Below are positions 1 through 9,719 of a stretch of 64,000 nucleotides of DNA, piece by piece; position 1 is the stretch's first letter, and each line of letters starts with the position of its first letter. The DNA is from Verrucomicrobiota bacterium. GTDB lineage: Bacteria > Verrucomicrobiota > Verrucomicrobiia > Limisphaerales > AAA164-E04. The notes under the pieces are model-generated. The model saw nothing but the letters and a program-made list of their open reading frames with translations. It was not told the origin of the DNA and ran no database searches. The stretch is taken from NCBI GenBank assembly GCA_047947115.1, contig CP170459.1:5920001-5984000 (forward strand), read 5' to 3'. The position numbers and the translations under genes were made by a program.

Positions 1-395
1 TTGCCAGCCTCGAAATGATCGGCAAAGTACTTCATCTGATCGTCGGGCAATTCACGAAAGCGCGTGAACAAAACCACAAGATCGGCATCCTTTACAAAAT
101 GCATCCCCTTGATATTCGTCTGATTGTTGGGATCAATCGTGCCGGTCGCATCATCCATGGCAAACAACACATTGCAATCAAAACCATGCCGAAACGACAG
201 GATCTTGGCCATCTGCGGCATTCCCTCCTCGGACCGATATTCTTCATCACCGGTAATGAAAACGATATGCTTCCCCTTCCCCGGCCCCTCCTTACCCTCA
301 AACTTGATCCAACCCTCCGCCGAGGCATTGATCTGCGACCATACCCCCAGACAAATTGCCAACCTGAACAAGGCGGTTCCTACATTCCCAGACAT
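1..395 (-). CDS. Secreted ThuA-like (class I glutamine amidotransferase-like) domain protein, 3' end runs off the window
   Basis: Not in the ORF track. Manual translation from ATG 395 gives MSGNVGTALFRLAICLGVWSQINASAEGWIKFEGKEGPGKGKHIVFITGDEEYRSEEGMPQMAKILSFRHGF...: a signal peptide plus the GDEEYRSEE motif typical of PVC ThuA-like proteins. Confidence 0.8.
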   Translation of the reverse strand, partial: MSGNVGTALFRLAICLGVWSQINASAEGWIKFEGKEGPGKGKHIVFITGDEEYRSEEGMPQMAKILSFRHGFDCNVLFAMDDATGTIDPNNQTNIKGMHFVKDADLVVLFTRFRELPDDQMKYFADHFEAG

Positions 396-506
396 GATTA
401 ATGTGTATACCAGATTCATAGAAACCAAGGTTGTAACCGAGAATCCAGAGAATGACAATCCGTTTCAAAACGACCTGGCTTCCGTGAAAATGAACCCCAT
501 CTATTC

Positions 507-1001
507 TCAAGTCCCTGCGTCTACCAGTTCAAAACGGTGGGACGATTCATCCCATTGGAAAGCTTTCCAGTGTTTCAAACGACCTTCAATGACCGATAAA
601 ACGAGGTAGGTGACTTCGGGAAACTTGGGGTGATCATCCCACATCGCATGCCGAATGTCTTCATCCGAGAAATAGGCCGGAGCATCCACGTGGGAATGAT
701 AGAGGATGGCCAATCGAGCTTCCTTACGGTTGATCCTCCCTTGAATAGCCATCCATTCTGCGGGATCGATCACGAAAGCAGTATCTGCCTTGCGGGGGAA
801 AAAAGCGGGAACCTGGGCGTGCATGTCGTTCTGAATGTTACGACAGGCGAGCCATTCCAAGGTGTTTGCTTCTGAGGTCGGATTTTCCAAAAAGACCCCA
901 CAGCATTCATCCGGATGCTCACTTTCAGCCTGCCTGCGCATGTTCCCCCAATCACGGAGGGAAATGCGCTTCGTCCCGACTTTAATGTAAGTCCTCATCA
1001 T
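507..1001 (-). CDS. JAB/MPN (Mov34, M67) metallopeptidase, Mec-like
   Basis: N-terminal PDECCG glutamate and the JAMM motif YHSH-x7-S-x2-D (YHSHVDAPAYFSDED). Start 998-1007 uncertain. Confidence 0.88.
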   Translation of the reverse strand: MMRTYIKVGTKRISLRDWGNMRRQAESEHPDECCGVFLENPTSEANTLEWLACRNIQNDMHAQVPAFFPRKADTAFVIDPAEWMAIQGRINRKEARLAILYHSHVDAPAYFSDEDIRHAMWDDHPKFPEVTYLVLSVIEGRLKHWKAFQWDESSHRFELVDAGT

Positions 1002-1141
1002 CGGCACACCGGTCGACTTGCAACGGCTGAGATCAATTCAAATCCAGTCGCCCGAAATTTCACCATCACATCACCCCCGAAAAGAGAGCCATCGGCCTGC
1101 ATGACAGGTATCGGCTAAACGAACCACGTGATTAAAACAAT

Positions 1142-2014
1142 TCAGGCTTTTATGTTGAGAAATGATTCCAACCGCAGGATTTCTTTGACCTCGTCAAATC
1201 CCATTTTATCGGACAAGTATCCATCCAACCTCCCATCCTTCAGCAAAGCGGTCATCATGGACTGCAAGGCCGTCCCGCAAACCAGCAAGGTTTCGATGGG
1301 ACTGACGGCAAATTTGTAACCGAGGTTTTCCAATTCGGTGACTGAAAGAATCGGGGTTTTGCCTCCCACCAGCATATTGGCAAAGAGAGGGTGTTTGACA
1401 TTTCTGGCAATTTCCTCCAATTCACCCTGACTCTCGGGAGCTTCTATGAAAGCAATATCCGCTCCCGCCTGGCAACAGGCATCCACTCGATCCATCGCAT
1501 CCTGCAATCCGTGGACTGCCCGGGCGTCGGTACGTGCAATCACCACAAAATCAGGATCCGGCTTGGCGGCGACGGCAGTTCGAATCTTGGCAACCATTTC
1601 TTCCCTGGAGATGACTTCTTTTGAACGGAAATGTCCGCACCGTTTGGGGAACACCTGATCTTCCAGCAACACTCCGGAAGCTCCCGCCGCAGAGAGACGT
1701 TCAACGGTTTGCCGGACCTGCGGAAGTCCTCCGTGGCCGGTATCGCCATCAGCAATCAAGGGGATCGACAAGACACCCGAGATGTGCCTCACTGCGGTTT
1801 CCATATCGGAAAGGTTTAGAAAATTCAAGTCAGGCAATCCAAGCCTGGAAGCGCTGATGCCAAATCCCCCCAGAAAGATCACTTCAAACCCGGCCTTCTC
1901 AGCCAATAGTGCTGAAAAGGCATCATGGACTCCCAGACTGACAATCATACCAGGTCGGCCCAATCGTTGCCTCAATACTCGATTTTTGCCTTTGTTATGC
2001 TCAATATTGTTCAT
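1142..2014 (-). CDS. Isocitrate lyase/PEP mutase family enzyme (methylisocitrate lyase / oxaloacetate decarboxylase-like)
   Basis: DGDTGHG, EDQVFPKRCGH and ARTDA motifs. Confidence 0.9.
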   Translation of the reverse strand: MNNIEHNKGKNRVLRQRLGRPGMIVSLGVHDAFSALLAEKAGFEVIFLGGFGISASRLGLPDLNFLNLSDMETAVRHISGVLSIPLIADGDTGHGGLPQVRQTVERLSAAGASGVLLEDQVFPKRCGHFRSKEVISREEMVAKIRTAVAAKPDPDFVVIARTDARAVHGLQDAMDRVDACCQAGADIAFIEAPESQGELEEIARNVKHPLFANMLVGGKTPILSVTELENLGYKFAVSPIETLLVCGTALQSMMTALLKDGRLDGYLSDKMGFDEVKEILRLESFLNIKA

Positions 2015-2148
2015 GTGTTTGCAGCGGATTTCAATTGCGATAAGATGAACATCATAGAGGGCATTACCACCCTTGAAAAGTCTCAGAACACAAAGTAAGT
2101 AGCCATATTGCGCTTGAATCAGCCTATGGCGAGGAGCAAAATCGAATC

Positions 2149-3624
2149 ATGTCAAACTGCACACCTGTCGTCTTCAACAACACAGTCCTTCGGGACGGAC
2201 ACCAATCATTGGCAGCTACTCGCATGCGCACCGAGCAAATGGTTCCAGTTGTCGAAAAGCTGGACGGCCTCAGGTTTGGCGCTTTGGAAACATGGGGAGG
2301 GGCCACCATTGACTCCTGCCTGCGCTTTTTGAACGAGAACCCGTTTGACCGTCTTGACACTCTCAAAAAGCTTTCACCCAACACCCCGCACATGATGTTG
2401 TTGCGTGGGCAGAACATCGTTCAATACACCAGTTTCCCGGACGATGTGGTGGAAACATTCATCCAATGCTCGGCAAATCATGGCATGGACATCTTTCGTG
2501 TGTTTGATGCCTTGAATGATGTACGCAACATCAGGACGGCGGTGCACGCGGTGAAAAAGGCAGGCAAGCACGCCCAGGGAGTGATTTGCTACACTACCAG
2601 TCCGGTTCACACGATCGAAAGCTTTCTGAAATTGGGGCAAGACCTGGAGGCCATGGAATGTGACTCAATCTGCATCAAAGACATGGCAGGACTGATCTCT
2701 CCCTCTGTCGCTTCCGATCTGGTCAAGGGGTTGAGGGAGATAGTCAGGATACCCATCGTATTGCACAGTCACAGCACGGCCGGCATGGCGGCAGCCGCCT
2801 ATTATGCGGCCATTAATGCCGGAGTGGACACAGTCGACACCTCCATTGCACCCTTTGCCAATGGCACGGGGCAACCAGACACCCTGCTTATGCAATCCAT
2901 GTTGGAAACCAGCCCGAGAAAGCCGGATTACGACACCAAAATATTGTCGGAGTTGGGGGAATATTTTAAGCAGATCTATTTGGAGCTGGACGCCTTCACC
3001 AGCCCCAAAAACGAAAAAGTCGATGCGGATATTTTGATCTACCAGGTGCCAGGAGGCATGATGAGCAACTTCCGCAATCAACTCAAGGAACAGGGCATGG
3101 CGGACAAATTGACCGAAGTCATGAAGGAAATCCCCTACGTACGTGAACGGCTTGGTTGGATTCCGCTGGTGACCCCCACCTCGCAGATCGTCGGCACACA
3201 GTCGATGCTCAATGTCAAATTCGGACGATGGAAAATGCTATCACAACCGGTGGTTGACATTTTGTTGGGTAAATATGGAAAAACACCCGGCCCGGTGGAT
3301 CCCGAACTGCGTAAGAAGGCGGAAGCCCAGGCGAAGCAGGAATCCATTGATTGCCGGCCTGCCGACTTGCTTGAGCCCCGGATGGATGACCTGAAGAAGC
3401 AACTCGCGGAAGCCAACCTGCCGGTCAGTAACGACATGGCAGTCTTGCACGCCATGTTCCCGCAGGAATTGAAAAAGCATGTGGAGAACAAGGGCAAACC
3501 AGTTGCAGCTCCCGCAGCGCCAAAAGCAGCGACTATTTCTAAAAATGAAAGGCAGCAGGCACGTCAATATGCCATGACGGTGCAAGGCAATCGTTTTGAA
3601 GTGACAGTTGAGGAATTAAACTAA
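2149..3624 (+). CDS. Pyruvate/oxaloacetate carboxyltransferase subunit (PycB/OadA/transcarboxylase 5S-like) lacking a biotinyl domain
   Basis: LRDGHQSL, WGGAT, MLLRGQN, IKDMAG, HSH, QVPGGM and LVTPTSQIVG motifs; no AMKM biotin motif. Confidence 0.92.
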   Translation: MSNCTPVVFNNTVLRDGHQSLAATRMRTEQMVPVVEKLDGLRFGALETWGGATIDSCLRFLNENPFDRLDTLKKLSPNTPHMMLLRGQNIVQYTSFPDDVVETFIQCSANHGMDIFRVFDALNDVRNIRTAVHAVKKAGKHAQGVICYTTSPVHTIESFLKLGQDLEAMECDSICIKDMAGLISPSVASDLVKGLREIVRIPIVLHSHSTAGMAAAAYYAAINAGVDTVDTSIAPFANGTGQPDTLLMQSMLETSPRKPDYDTKILSELGEYFKQIYLELDAFTSPKNEKVDADILIYQVPGGMMSNFRNQLKEQGMADKLTEVMKEIPYVRERLGWIPLVTPTSQIVGTQSMLNVKFGRWKMLSQPVVDILLGKYGKTPGPVDPELRKKAEAQAKQESIDCRPADLLEPRMDDLKKQLAEANLPVSNDMAVLHAMFPQELKKHVENKGKPVAAPAAPKAATISKNERQQARQYAMTVQGNRFEVTVEELN

Positions 3625-3886
3625 ACTCCAATAATAACAAGAGCCTCTCGGAAACCACGTTGGTGCTGCTGGTCAGTTCCTCGCATGCTACGGAAACGCT
3701 GGACACACTGTCTGCCGTTTCCTTGCTCAGGAGCGCCAGCGTGGAAACTCAATTGATGGGTTTGTTCTGCACAATCAGTAATCTGATCCGCCGCGCTTTG
3801 AGTCCATCCATTGCCAACGCAGAACTGTTCCTTCGGTCCCGCTTTTTTTGCTATGCCTTTGATCCGATTCTTTTATGCTCGGATCC

Positions 3887-5209
3887 ATGAAAAAGCCCTG
3901 GTACCGCCAATTGCACTGGCAAATTATCATCGGACTGATCCTTGGCGTCCTCTTCGGCGTGATGGCCGCCTCCAAGGGTTGGAGTGCATGGACCCGAAAC
4001 TGGATCAGTCCTTTCGGCACCCTGTTCATCACCCTGCTGAAACTGATCGCAGTTCCGTTGGTATTGACATCCCTGGTATCCGGTGTGGCTTCCCTGTCGG
4101 ATGTGAAGAAATTGAGCCGTATGGGAGGGAAGACCATTGGCCTTTATATTGGCACCACCGCGGTTGCTGTCCTGATCGGCCTGGTCATGGTCAACCTGTT
4201 CAAACCGGGTAAAAACCTGCCAGCGGACACCAGAACCCAACTCCAGGCAGCCCACCAATCCGATGCCACCAACCGCCAATCCGCGGCTGATGAAGTCAAG
4301 CAACGAGGGCCTCTGGATTTCCTGGTGGATATCGTCCCGGACAACGTCCTGGCTGCCTCCTCCAACAACAGTAGCATGCTGCAGGTGGTCTTTGTGTCCC
4401 TGCTGCTGGGCATAGGTCTCACTCTGACTCCGGACGAAAAAAGCAAACCGGTCCTGAAAATCTTTGACGGACTCATGGAAGCGGTGATCCAGATTGTTCA
4501 CCTCATCATGATACTGGCGCCCATCGGCGTCTTTGGCCTGATGGTCAACACAATTGTTACACTGGCGCAGGATGACCTTGGGCAGGTCAGGGAATTGTTG
4601 AGTGCCTTGGGATCCTATTGTCTGGTGGTCGTGGGCGGTTTGGCGGTTCACTGTTTTGTGATTTATCCCATCCTACTCAAATTTTTCACCCCCATCCCCG
4701 TTAGAAAATTCTTTTCGGGAATCAGTTCCGCTCAACTGCTGGCCTTTTCGACCAGCTCCAGCGGCGCCACCCTGCCAGTCACCATGGACCGATGTCAAAA
4801 GCGTCTCGGGGTTTCCGAAGAAGTGGCTTCGTTTGTATTGCCGCTGGGCGCCACGATCAATATGGACGGCACCGCACTCTACCAGGCGGTTGCTTCCGTC
4901 TTTATCGCACAGGCACTCGGCATGGACCTCACCATCGCCGCACAGGCAACTATTGTACTGACCGCAGTTCTGGCCTCCATCGGCACCGCTGCCGTACCGG
5001 GAGCGGGAATCATCATGTTGGTGATTATCCTCGAAGCCATCAATGTCCCCAGTGAGGGGATCGCTTTGATTCTGGGCGTCGACCGTATTCTGGACATGCT
5101 GCGAACCGTCACCAATGTCACCGGAGACGCAACGGTTGCCACGATCATTGCAGCCAGTGAAAACCAACTGGAAGAACCCGAAGAGCCTTTTCCAGCTCAG
5201 GGGATGTAG
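3887..5209 (+). CDS. Dicarboxylate/amino acid:cation symporter (DAACS, GltP-like)
   Basis: AFSTSSSGATLP, GATINMDGTALY and DRILDMLRTVTNVTGD motifs; multiple TM segments. Confidence 0.95.
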   Translation: MKKPWYRQLHWQIIIGLILGVLFGVMAASKGWSAWTRNWISPFGTLFITLLKLIAVPLVLTSLVSGVASLSDVKKLSRMGGKTIGLYIGTTAVAVLIGLVMVNLFKPGKNLPADTRTQLQAAHQSDATNRQSAADEVKQRGPLDFLVDIVPDNVLAASSNNSSMLQVVFVSLLLGIGLTLTPDEKSKPVLKIFDGLMEAVIQIVHLIMILAPIGVFGLMVNTIVTLAQDDLGQVRELLSALGSYCLVVVGGLAVHCFVIYPILLKFFTPIPVRKFFSGISSAQLLAFSTSSSGATLPVTMDRCQKRLGVSEEVASFVLPLGATINMDGTALYQAVASVFIAQALGMDLTIAAQATIVLTAVLASIGTAAVPGAGIIMLVIILEAINVPSEGIALILGVDRILDMLRTVTNVTGDATVATIIAASENQLEEPEEPFPAQGM

Positions 5210-5301
5210 CATTTCACGGAGGAAAACAGGAAACAATTCAATCAGGCCCCGTGTGGATGTAGGTTTGCGCCACTAAACCCGGCATCAGGTATAGAACTTT
5301 T

Positions 5302-7335
5302 ATGAAATGGATCAAAGGACTGCTTTTGGTGTTGTCATTATTGATTGGATTGCCGCTGTTGCTGGTATTCCTGTTATCACGGTCAAGTTCCGATCTGAGG
5401 ACGTTTAGATGGCCAGGGGGAGAATTACTGAGCATTGAACAGGTAACCCACGGGTCCATTCATCGATTTGGGCCACCTCCTTTTATCGGAGGCCTCAAGA
5501 AGGTGCTTAGCTCATTGCCGATTCTGCCATCCATCGAGCATTATGCCACATCCGATTCACTGGTGCTTTGGTTAACACTCGAAGACACGGAACAAGGATT
5601 CATGATCCCGTTGACAAACGTTGTCAAAGTAGTTGCAAGAGACGGCAACGGCAGCCGCTACATCAGCAGCGAAATCGAGACACGGGATGAAAAACACTGG
5701 CGCACCCGACCTTCGTGGGGCGGAACTCAGACGCCCCCGCCAACTTCCAAATGGTTCATTTCCACGGTCACACTCCAGCAATATCCCAAAGGAGAAGATT
5801 CCTTTGAAGTGGATTTACTGGATCCCTATGGAAATGTCGTGCAAACCATGGAGATCCAGAATCCCAACATCACCCAACCCAGCGAATGGGAATGGTCTCC
5901 TCTGCCGGTCGAAATCACGCATGATGATTTGATCATTCGATTTACCGCCTTCACAAACACCTGGGCCATCCGTCATATTGGACAGGATTATGGGGAAATC
6001 CCTCAGTTCAAACCTCACTTCGAATACCTGACCCGGGACAATAAAACCGCTCCTTACTGGCTATCCGACTCAGGAAGCGCTATGGACACTTTCGGAAATG
6101 CAGTGTCCTTATCGGGAAGTGATGCGGGCAACTTGAGTCTCAGATCCAAAACATGGAAAATCACATACGATTTCTACAGACAGGCTGAGTCTCCGTTCCC
6201 GCCGGATCAGGTATGGGAATTGACACTGGAAATGCCTGAAGAAGGAAAATCCAAAACTCTGGAGCTTGAAAAGCAACTGATGGGAGTGCCTGTCAAAATA
6301 TTGAATATCACCGGCCCCAAAACCAAAGCTGTCTTTAAAGATGGCGAACTGGAAAGTGCCGAACCGGCCCAAGGAGCAAACGGAGCCAGTCTTTCCTCCA
6401 GCAGCACCTATGTTGGCGGGAAATTTGTCAGCACCGTGACTTATACGTCCGAAGCCTCCTATTTGGGAGTCCACTTTCCAGAGGATTATCACAAATACCG
6501 AATACAACTGCTGGCAAAGAATAAAAACGGGGACTACGTCCGCCTTTCTTCCAACAGCCGCTCCCAACACCATCACTTTATATCGCTCCAAGTCGAGCCT
6601 ACTGAGTCCAGTGTAGACCTTAAAGTCATTGTCCAACCTGTTTTTCAAAAAAGTTTTATTGTTGAGCCATCCATCACGCCTCCGGTTCACCAGTTTACCA
6701 AAGCCGAGAAAATTCCTGCGAGACCCAACGACGTACCGCCCAGGGCAGTGGATCTGTCGGATTACTATACCCAGAGGCTCGACCAACATGCACACCTTAT
6801 TGGGCGCATCGGAACACGTTCCTACGGGGCCTCGTTCAACTACTACAGTGTGGAGACTGGAGTTCATCGCATCAACGGCCAGGATTGGGATTTACGGGGA
6901 GCTGTGCTCATGACCGGCAAGTGCCTTTACAATTTCTATTTACAGTATCCAGAAAAAATCGAGAGCATCCCCATCTCATCCAAAGCTTCGAAAGTCCACT
7001 TTCTTCATGGATGCCTGTGGCCAGGTCATGAAGGACAGGAGATTGGGAACTACCAGGTTCATTACACCAATGGGACGACTTATACGATCCCACTGATATA
7101 TGATAAAAACATCGCCAATGTCTGGGATCAACCCGGCGAGACGACCGTTTCGGAAATCGAACAGGCGACACTGGTAAAACTTCCAGTAAAGGAGGAGCGA
7201 AAAGGTTCAACTGCAAATTACAGTTACCATTTCACCTGGAACAATCCAAACCCAGAGCTAACCATTGAACATATTGCAGTGCAATCCAATCGAAAAGATT
7301 CAGCTCCACTGCTCCTTGGGATCACCTTGGAATAA
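5302..7335 (+). CDS. Membrane-anchored extracytoplasmic hypothetical protein with a C-terminal beta-rich domain
   Basis: 677-aa ORF with an N-terminal hydrophobic anchor; C-terminal KVHFLHG...IGNYQVHYTNG...IPL...W...WNNPNP pattern. Confidence 0.8.
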   Translation: MKWIKGLLLVLSLLIGLPLLLVFLLSRSSSDLRTFRWPGGELLSIEQVTHGSIHRFGPPPFIGGLKKVLSSLPILPSIEHYATSDSLVLWLTLEDTEQGFMIPLTNVVKVVARDGNGSRYISSEIETRDEKHWRTRPSWGGTQTPPPTSKWFISTVTLQQYPKGEDSFEVDLLDPYGNVVQTMEIQNPNITQPSEWEWSPLPVEITHDDLIIRFTAFTNTWAIRHIGQDYGEIPQFKPHFEYLTRDNKTAPYWLSDSGSAMDTFGNAVSLSGSDAGNLSLRSKTWKITYDFYRQAESPFPPDQVWELTLEMPEEGKSKTLELEKQLMGVPVKILNITGPKTKAVFKDGELESAEPAQGANGASLSSSSTYVGGKFVSTVTYTSEASYLGVHFPEDYHKYRIQLLAKNKNGDYVRLSSNSRSQHHHFISLQVEPTESSVDLKVIVQPVFQKSFIVEPSITPPVHQFTKAEKIPARPNDVPPRAVDLSDYYTQRLDQHAHLIGRIGTRSYGASFNYYSVETGVHRINGQDWDLRGAVLMTGKCLYNFYLQYPEKIESIPISSKASKVHFLHGCLWPGHEGQEIGNYQVHYTNGTTYTIPLIYDKNIANVWDQPGETTVSEIEQATLVKLPVKEERKGSTANYSYHFTWNNPNPELTIEHIAVQSNRKDSAPLLLGITLE

Positions 7336-7472
7336 ACCACAAAAAGTTTGGAGCTTTATGGAGCCATCCCCACGGAGCTCCCCATAAGAAACACACACAA
7401 AAACAGGTACCTTCATATTTATTTCCTTGGTATTTGTAACCTGATTGCCACAATTTGGTCTAAGTATTTTCC

Positions 7473-8162
7473 ATGAATGCGGATCCGAAGTCATTGTTGA
7501 ATTTTTTTGCGGCTCAGAATGCCGAGATCGATATCGTATGGTTCATCGTTCATTTTCTGTTGGCGGCGTTATTGAGCTTCCTGCTCAAGCAAGTTTACGT
7601 TCATTTCGGCAATGCGCTTTCAAACAGAGAACTGTTCGGACGCAACTTCATCCTGCTGAGCATGACCACCATGCTCATTATCACCATCGTAAAATCATCG
7701 GTGGCACTTTCATTGGGCCTGGTTGGAGCCCTTTCGATCATACGCTTCCGGGCGGCTATCAAGGAGCCTGAAGAACTCAGCTACCTGTTCTTCGCCATTG
7801 CCATCGGCCTGGGAATGGGCTCTCAGCAGGCCCTCATCACTGTGGTCGCCTTTCTGGTGGTTGTTGCGATCCTGGCCCTCCGGCATTACACGCGATCCGG
7901 TGACACAAAACCCAACTTGTATCTGACACTGTCCGGTAAAAAAGATGAGGAAGATTGCCTGCCGCAAATCACAAAGGTTCTGACGGATGAGGCAAGTGAT
8001 TTTCGCCTGCGACGCATCGATGAAACCGACCAGTTGTTCGAAGTGTCCTTCCAGATTCAATTCAGAAACATCGAGCACATACAATCCTGTCGAACGGCAT
8101 TGCACCGGGTTCATCCCGGACTTAAAATCAGCCTGATCGATGATCGTGGCATAGGAGGATGA
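7473..8162 (+). CDS. DUF4956 family membrane protein
   Basis: SLGLVGALSIIRFRAAIKEPEEL signature; adjacent to a VTC gene. Confidence 0.9.
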   Translation: MNADPKSLLNFFAAQNAEIDIVWFIVHFLLAALLSFLLKQVYVHFGNALSNRELFGRNFILLSMTTMLIITIVKSSVALSLGLVGALSIIRFRAAIKEPEELSYLFFAIAIGLGMGSQQALITVVAFLVVVAILALRHYTRSGDTKPNLYLTLSGKKDEEDCLPQITKVLTDEASDFRLRRIDETDQLFEVSFQIQFRNIEHIQSCRTALHRVHPGLKISLIDDRGIGG

Positions 8163-8169
8163 CAATCAG

Positions 8170-8892
8170 ATGAGTGTTTCGGATGTAGCGGCCTCAGAAT
8201 CGATTGCCCACGAACCACGCCAGGGTTACCGGTTCGAACGGAAATACCACATTGAAGACTTCCCGCCGGAGGAAGTGGCGATGTGGGTCAAACGATCTCC
8301 CGCATTGTTTTTCGAATGTTTCCCGCCGCGATACATCAACAATATCTATTTCGACACCCCCAGCCTGGAGAATTACCACGAGAACCTCAGCGGACAAGCG
8401 GCACGCACTAAAATCCGGCTCAGGTGGTACGGGGACTTCCTTCACAGTCCTGCCAACCCCACCCTTGAATACAAAATTAAAAGCGGCATGGTCGGTACGA
8501 AAAACAGCTTTAAACTCCCCCCGCTGAACCTTGCGCCCGGCTTTGGCCACGACAACCTTGATGCCTACTGGTCAAAAGGCGATTTGCCCGACACAGTCCA
8601 GATGGATCTGAAAGGAGTGATCCCCACCATGTGTAACCGGTATCACCGCAAATACTACCTTTCAGCAGACGGCATGTATCGCATCACCATCGACACCCGC
8701 CTGGAATTTATCGCCATCGACCGGTTCGACAGCCAGTTTCACCGGCGCCGAATGATGGATCACAGCGTTGTCATGGAACTTAAATACGCTGGCGACATTT
8801 CGACACTCGATGAGCGGCTTGTTAATTTTTTTCCTTTCCGAGTCACTCGCATGTCGAAATACGTCACTGGTATCGAACTGTTAAATAGCTGA
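8170..8892 (+). CDS. VTC-domain (polyphosphate polymerase-like, CYTH/TTM fold) protein
   Basis: RFERKY, IYFDT, KIRLRWY, LEYK, RITID, MELK and SKY motifs. Confidence 0.9.
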   Translation: MSVSDVAASESIAHEPRQGYRFERKYHIEDFPPEEVAMWVKRSPALFFECFPPRYINNIYFDTPSLENYHENLSGQAARTKIRLRWYGDFLHSPANPTLEYKIKSGMVGTKNSFKLPPLNLAPGFGHDNLDAYWSKGDLPDTVQMDLKGVIPTMCNRYHRKYYLSADGMYRITIDTRLEFIAIDRFDSQFHRRRMMDHSVVMELKYAGDISTLDERLVNFFPFRVTRMSKYVTGIELLNS

Positions 8893-8908
8893 TCCCCCCC
8901 TTTCCCAG

Positions 8909-9571
8909 ATGAGACCAGACCGACATCAAGGCATCCTGGCACCATGGCAATTCATCGCCATCCTGGCGCTTTTGGTTTGCATCGGGATTTTGCTCAATCC
9001 GGACCTGCTCAAGTTCTATGCAGGGAAGCCGGATCTGTTGATTTCAGAATTTCTCGCGGACAACCAGACAAACCGAATCGATGTCGACGGGGATCATTCC
9101 GATTGGATTGAAATCTACAATGCATCGGATGAAACCATTTCCCTGAAAGGCTGGTATCTCACCGATGATTTCCGGAACTTCAAACAATGGATGTTCCCAA
9201 TAGCGGAACTTGAACCGGGGCAATTTCTGTTGGTTTGGGCTTCAGGCAAGAACCGGACCAATTGGGTGGACGATTTACACACCAATTTCAAACTATCATC
9301 AGAGGGCGAATACCTGGCCCTTGTACGCCCCAACGGCAAAACCATCGCCCACGAATACCTGCCCAAATACCCGAAACAAAAAGCGGACATCTCCTTTGGA
9401 TTAACCAAAAGCCACTTTGAATCCCAACGATGGCTCAGCAAAGAACCTCTTCGGGACTACTCCTACTTTGCATTCCCCTCCCCACTTGAACCCAATTCCA
9501 ACGGAAGTCTCACGAGCAAGGGACTGAAACCAGCTGCCACTGAAAAAAGTAGTGGAGATAACGAGCAATAA
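8909..9571 (+). CDS. Membrane-anchored lamin-tail-domain (LTD) protein
   Basis: N-terminal TM, then ISEFLADN...DWIEIYN...LKGWYLTD...HTNFKLS.EGE, typical of the LTDs found on CotH proteins. Confidence 0.85.
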   Translation: MRPDRHQGILAPWQFIAILALLVCIGILLNPDLLKFYAGKPDLLISEFLADNQTNRIDVDGDHSDWIEIYNASDETISLKGWYLTDDFRNFKQWMFPIAELEPGQFLLVWASGKNRTNWVDDLHTNFKLSSEGEYLALVRPNGKTIAHEYLPKYPKQKADISFGLTKSHFESQRWLSKEPLRDYSYFAFPSPLEPNSNGSLTSKGLKPAATEKSSGDNEQ

Positions 9572-9719
9572 TCAGCTCCATTCAGTGTCCCCCTCCGGCA
9601 ACAGGAATAAGCAGAGGTTCGAGCACAACGTGATCTGTACAGCATTCTCAACATAAGCAAAACGTTCTTCATTTGCGGACGGCACCAGTCAAACCCCATC
9701 ACCCGTTTTTTCAAAGCTC

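Noticed and set aside
3625..3886. Riboswitch in the 260-nt leader of the symporter
   Set aside because: Only a weak GGAAACG/CGTTTCC stem is visible, with no glycine, lysine or other aptamer consensus; an Rfam scan would settle it.
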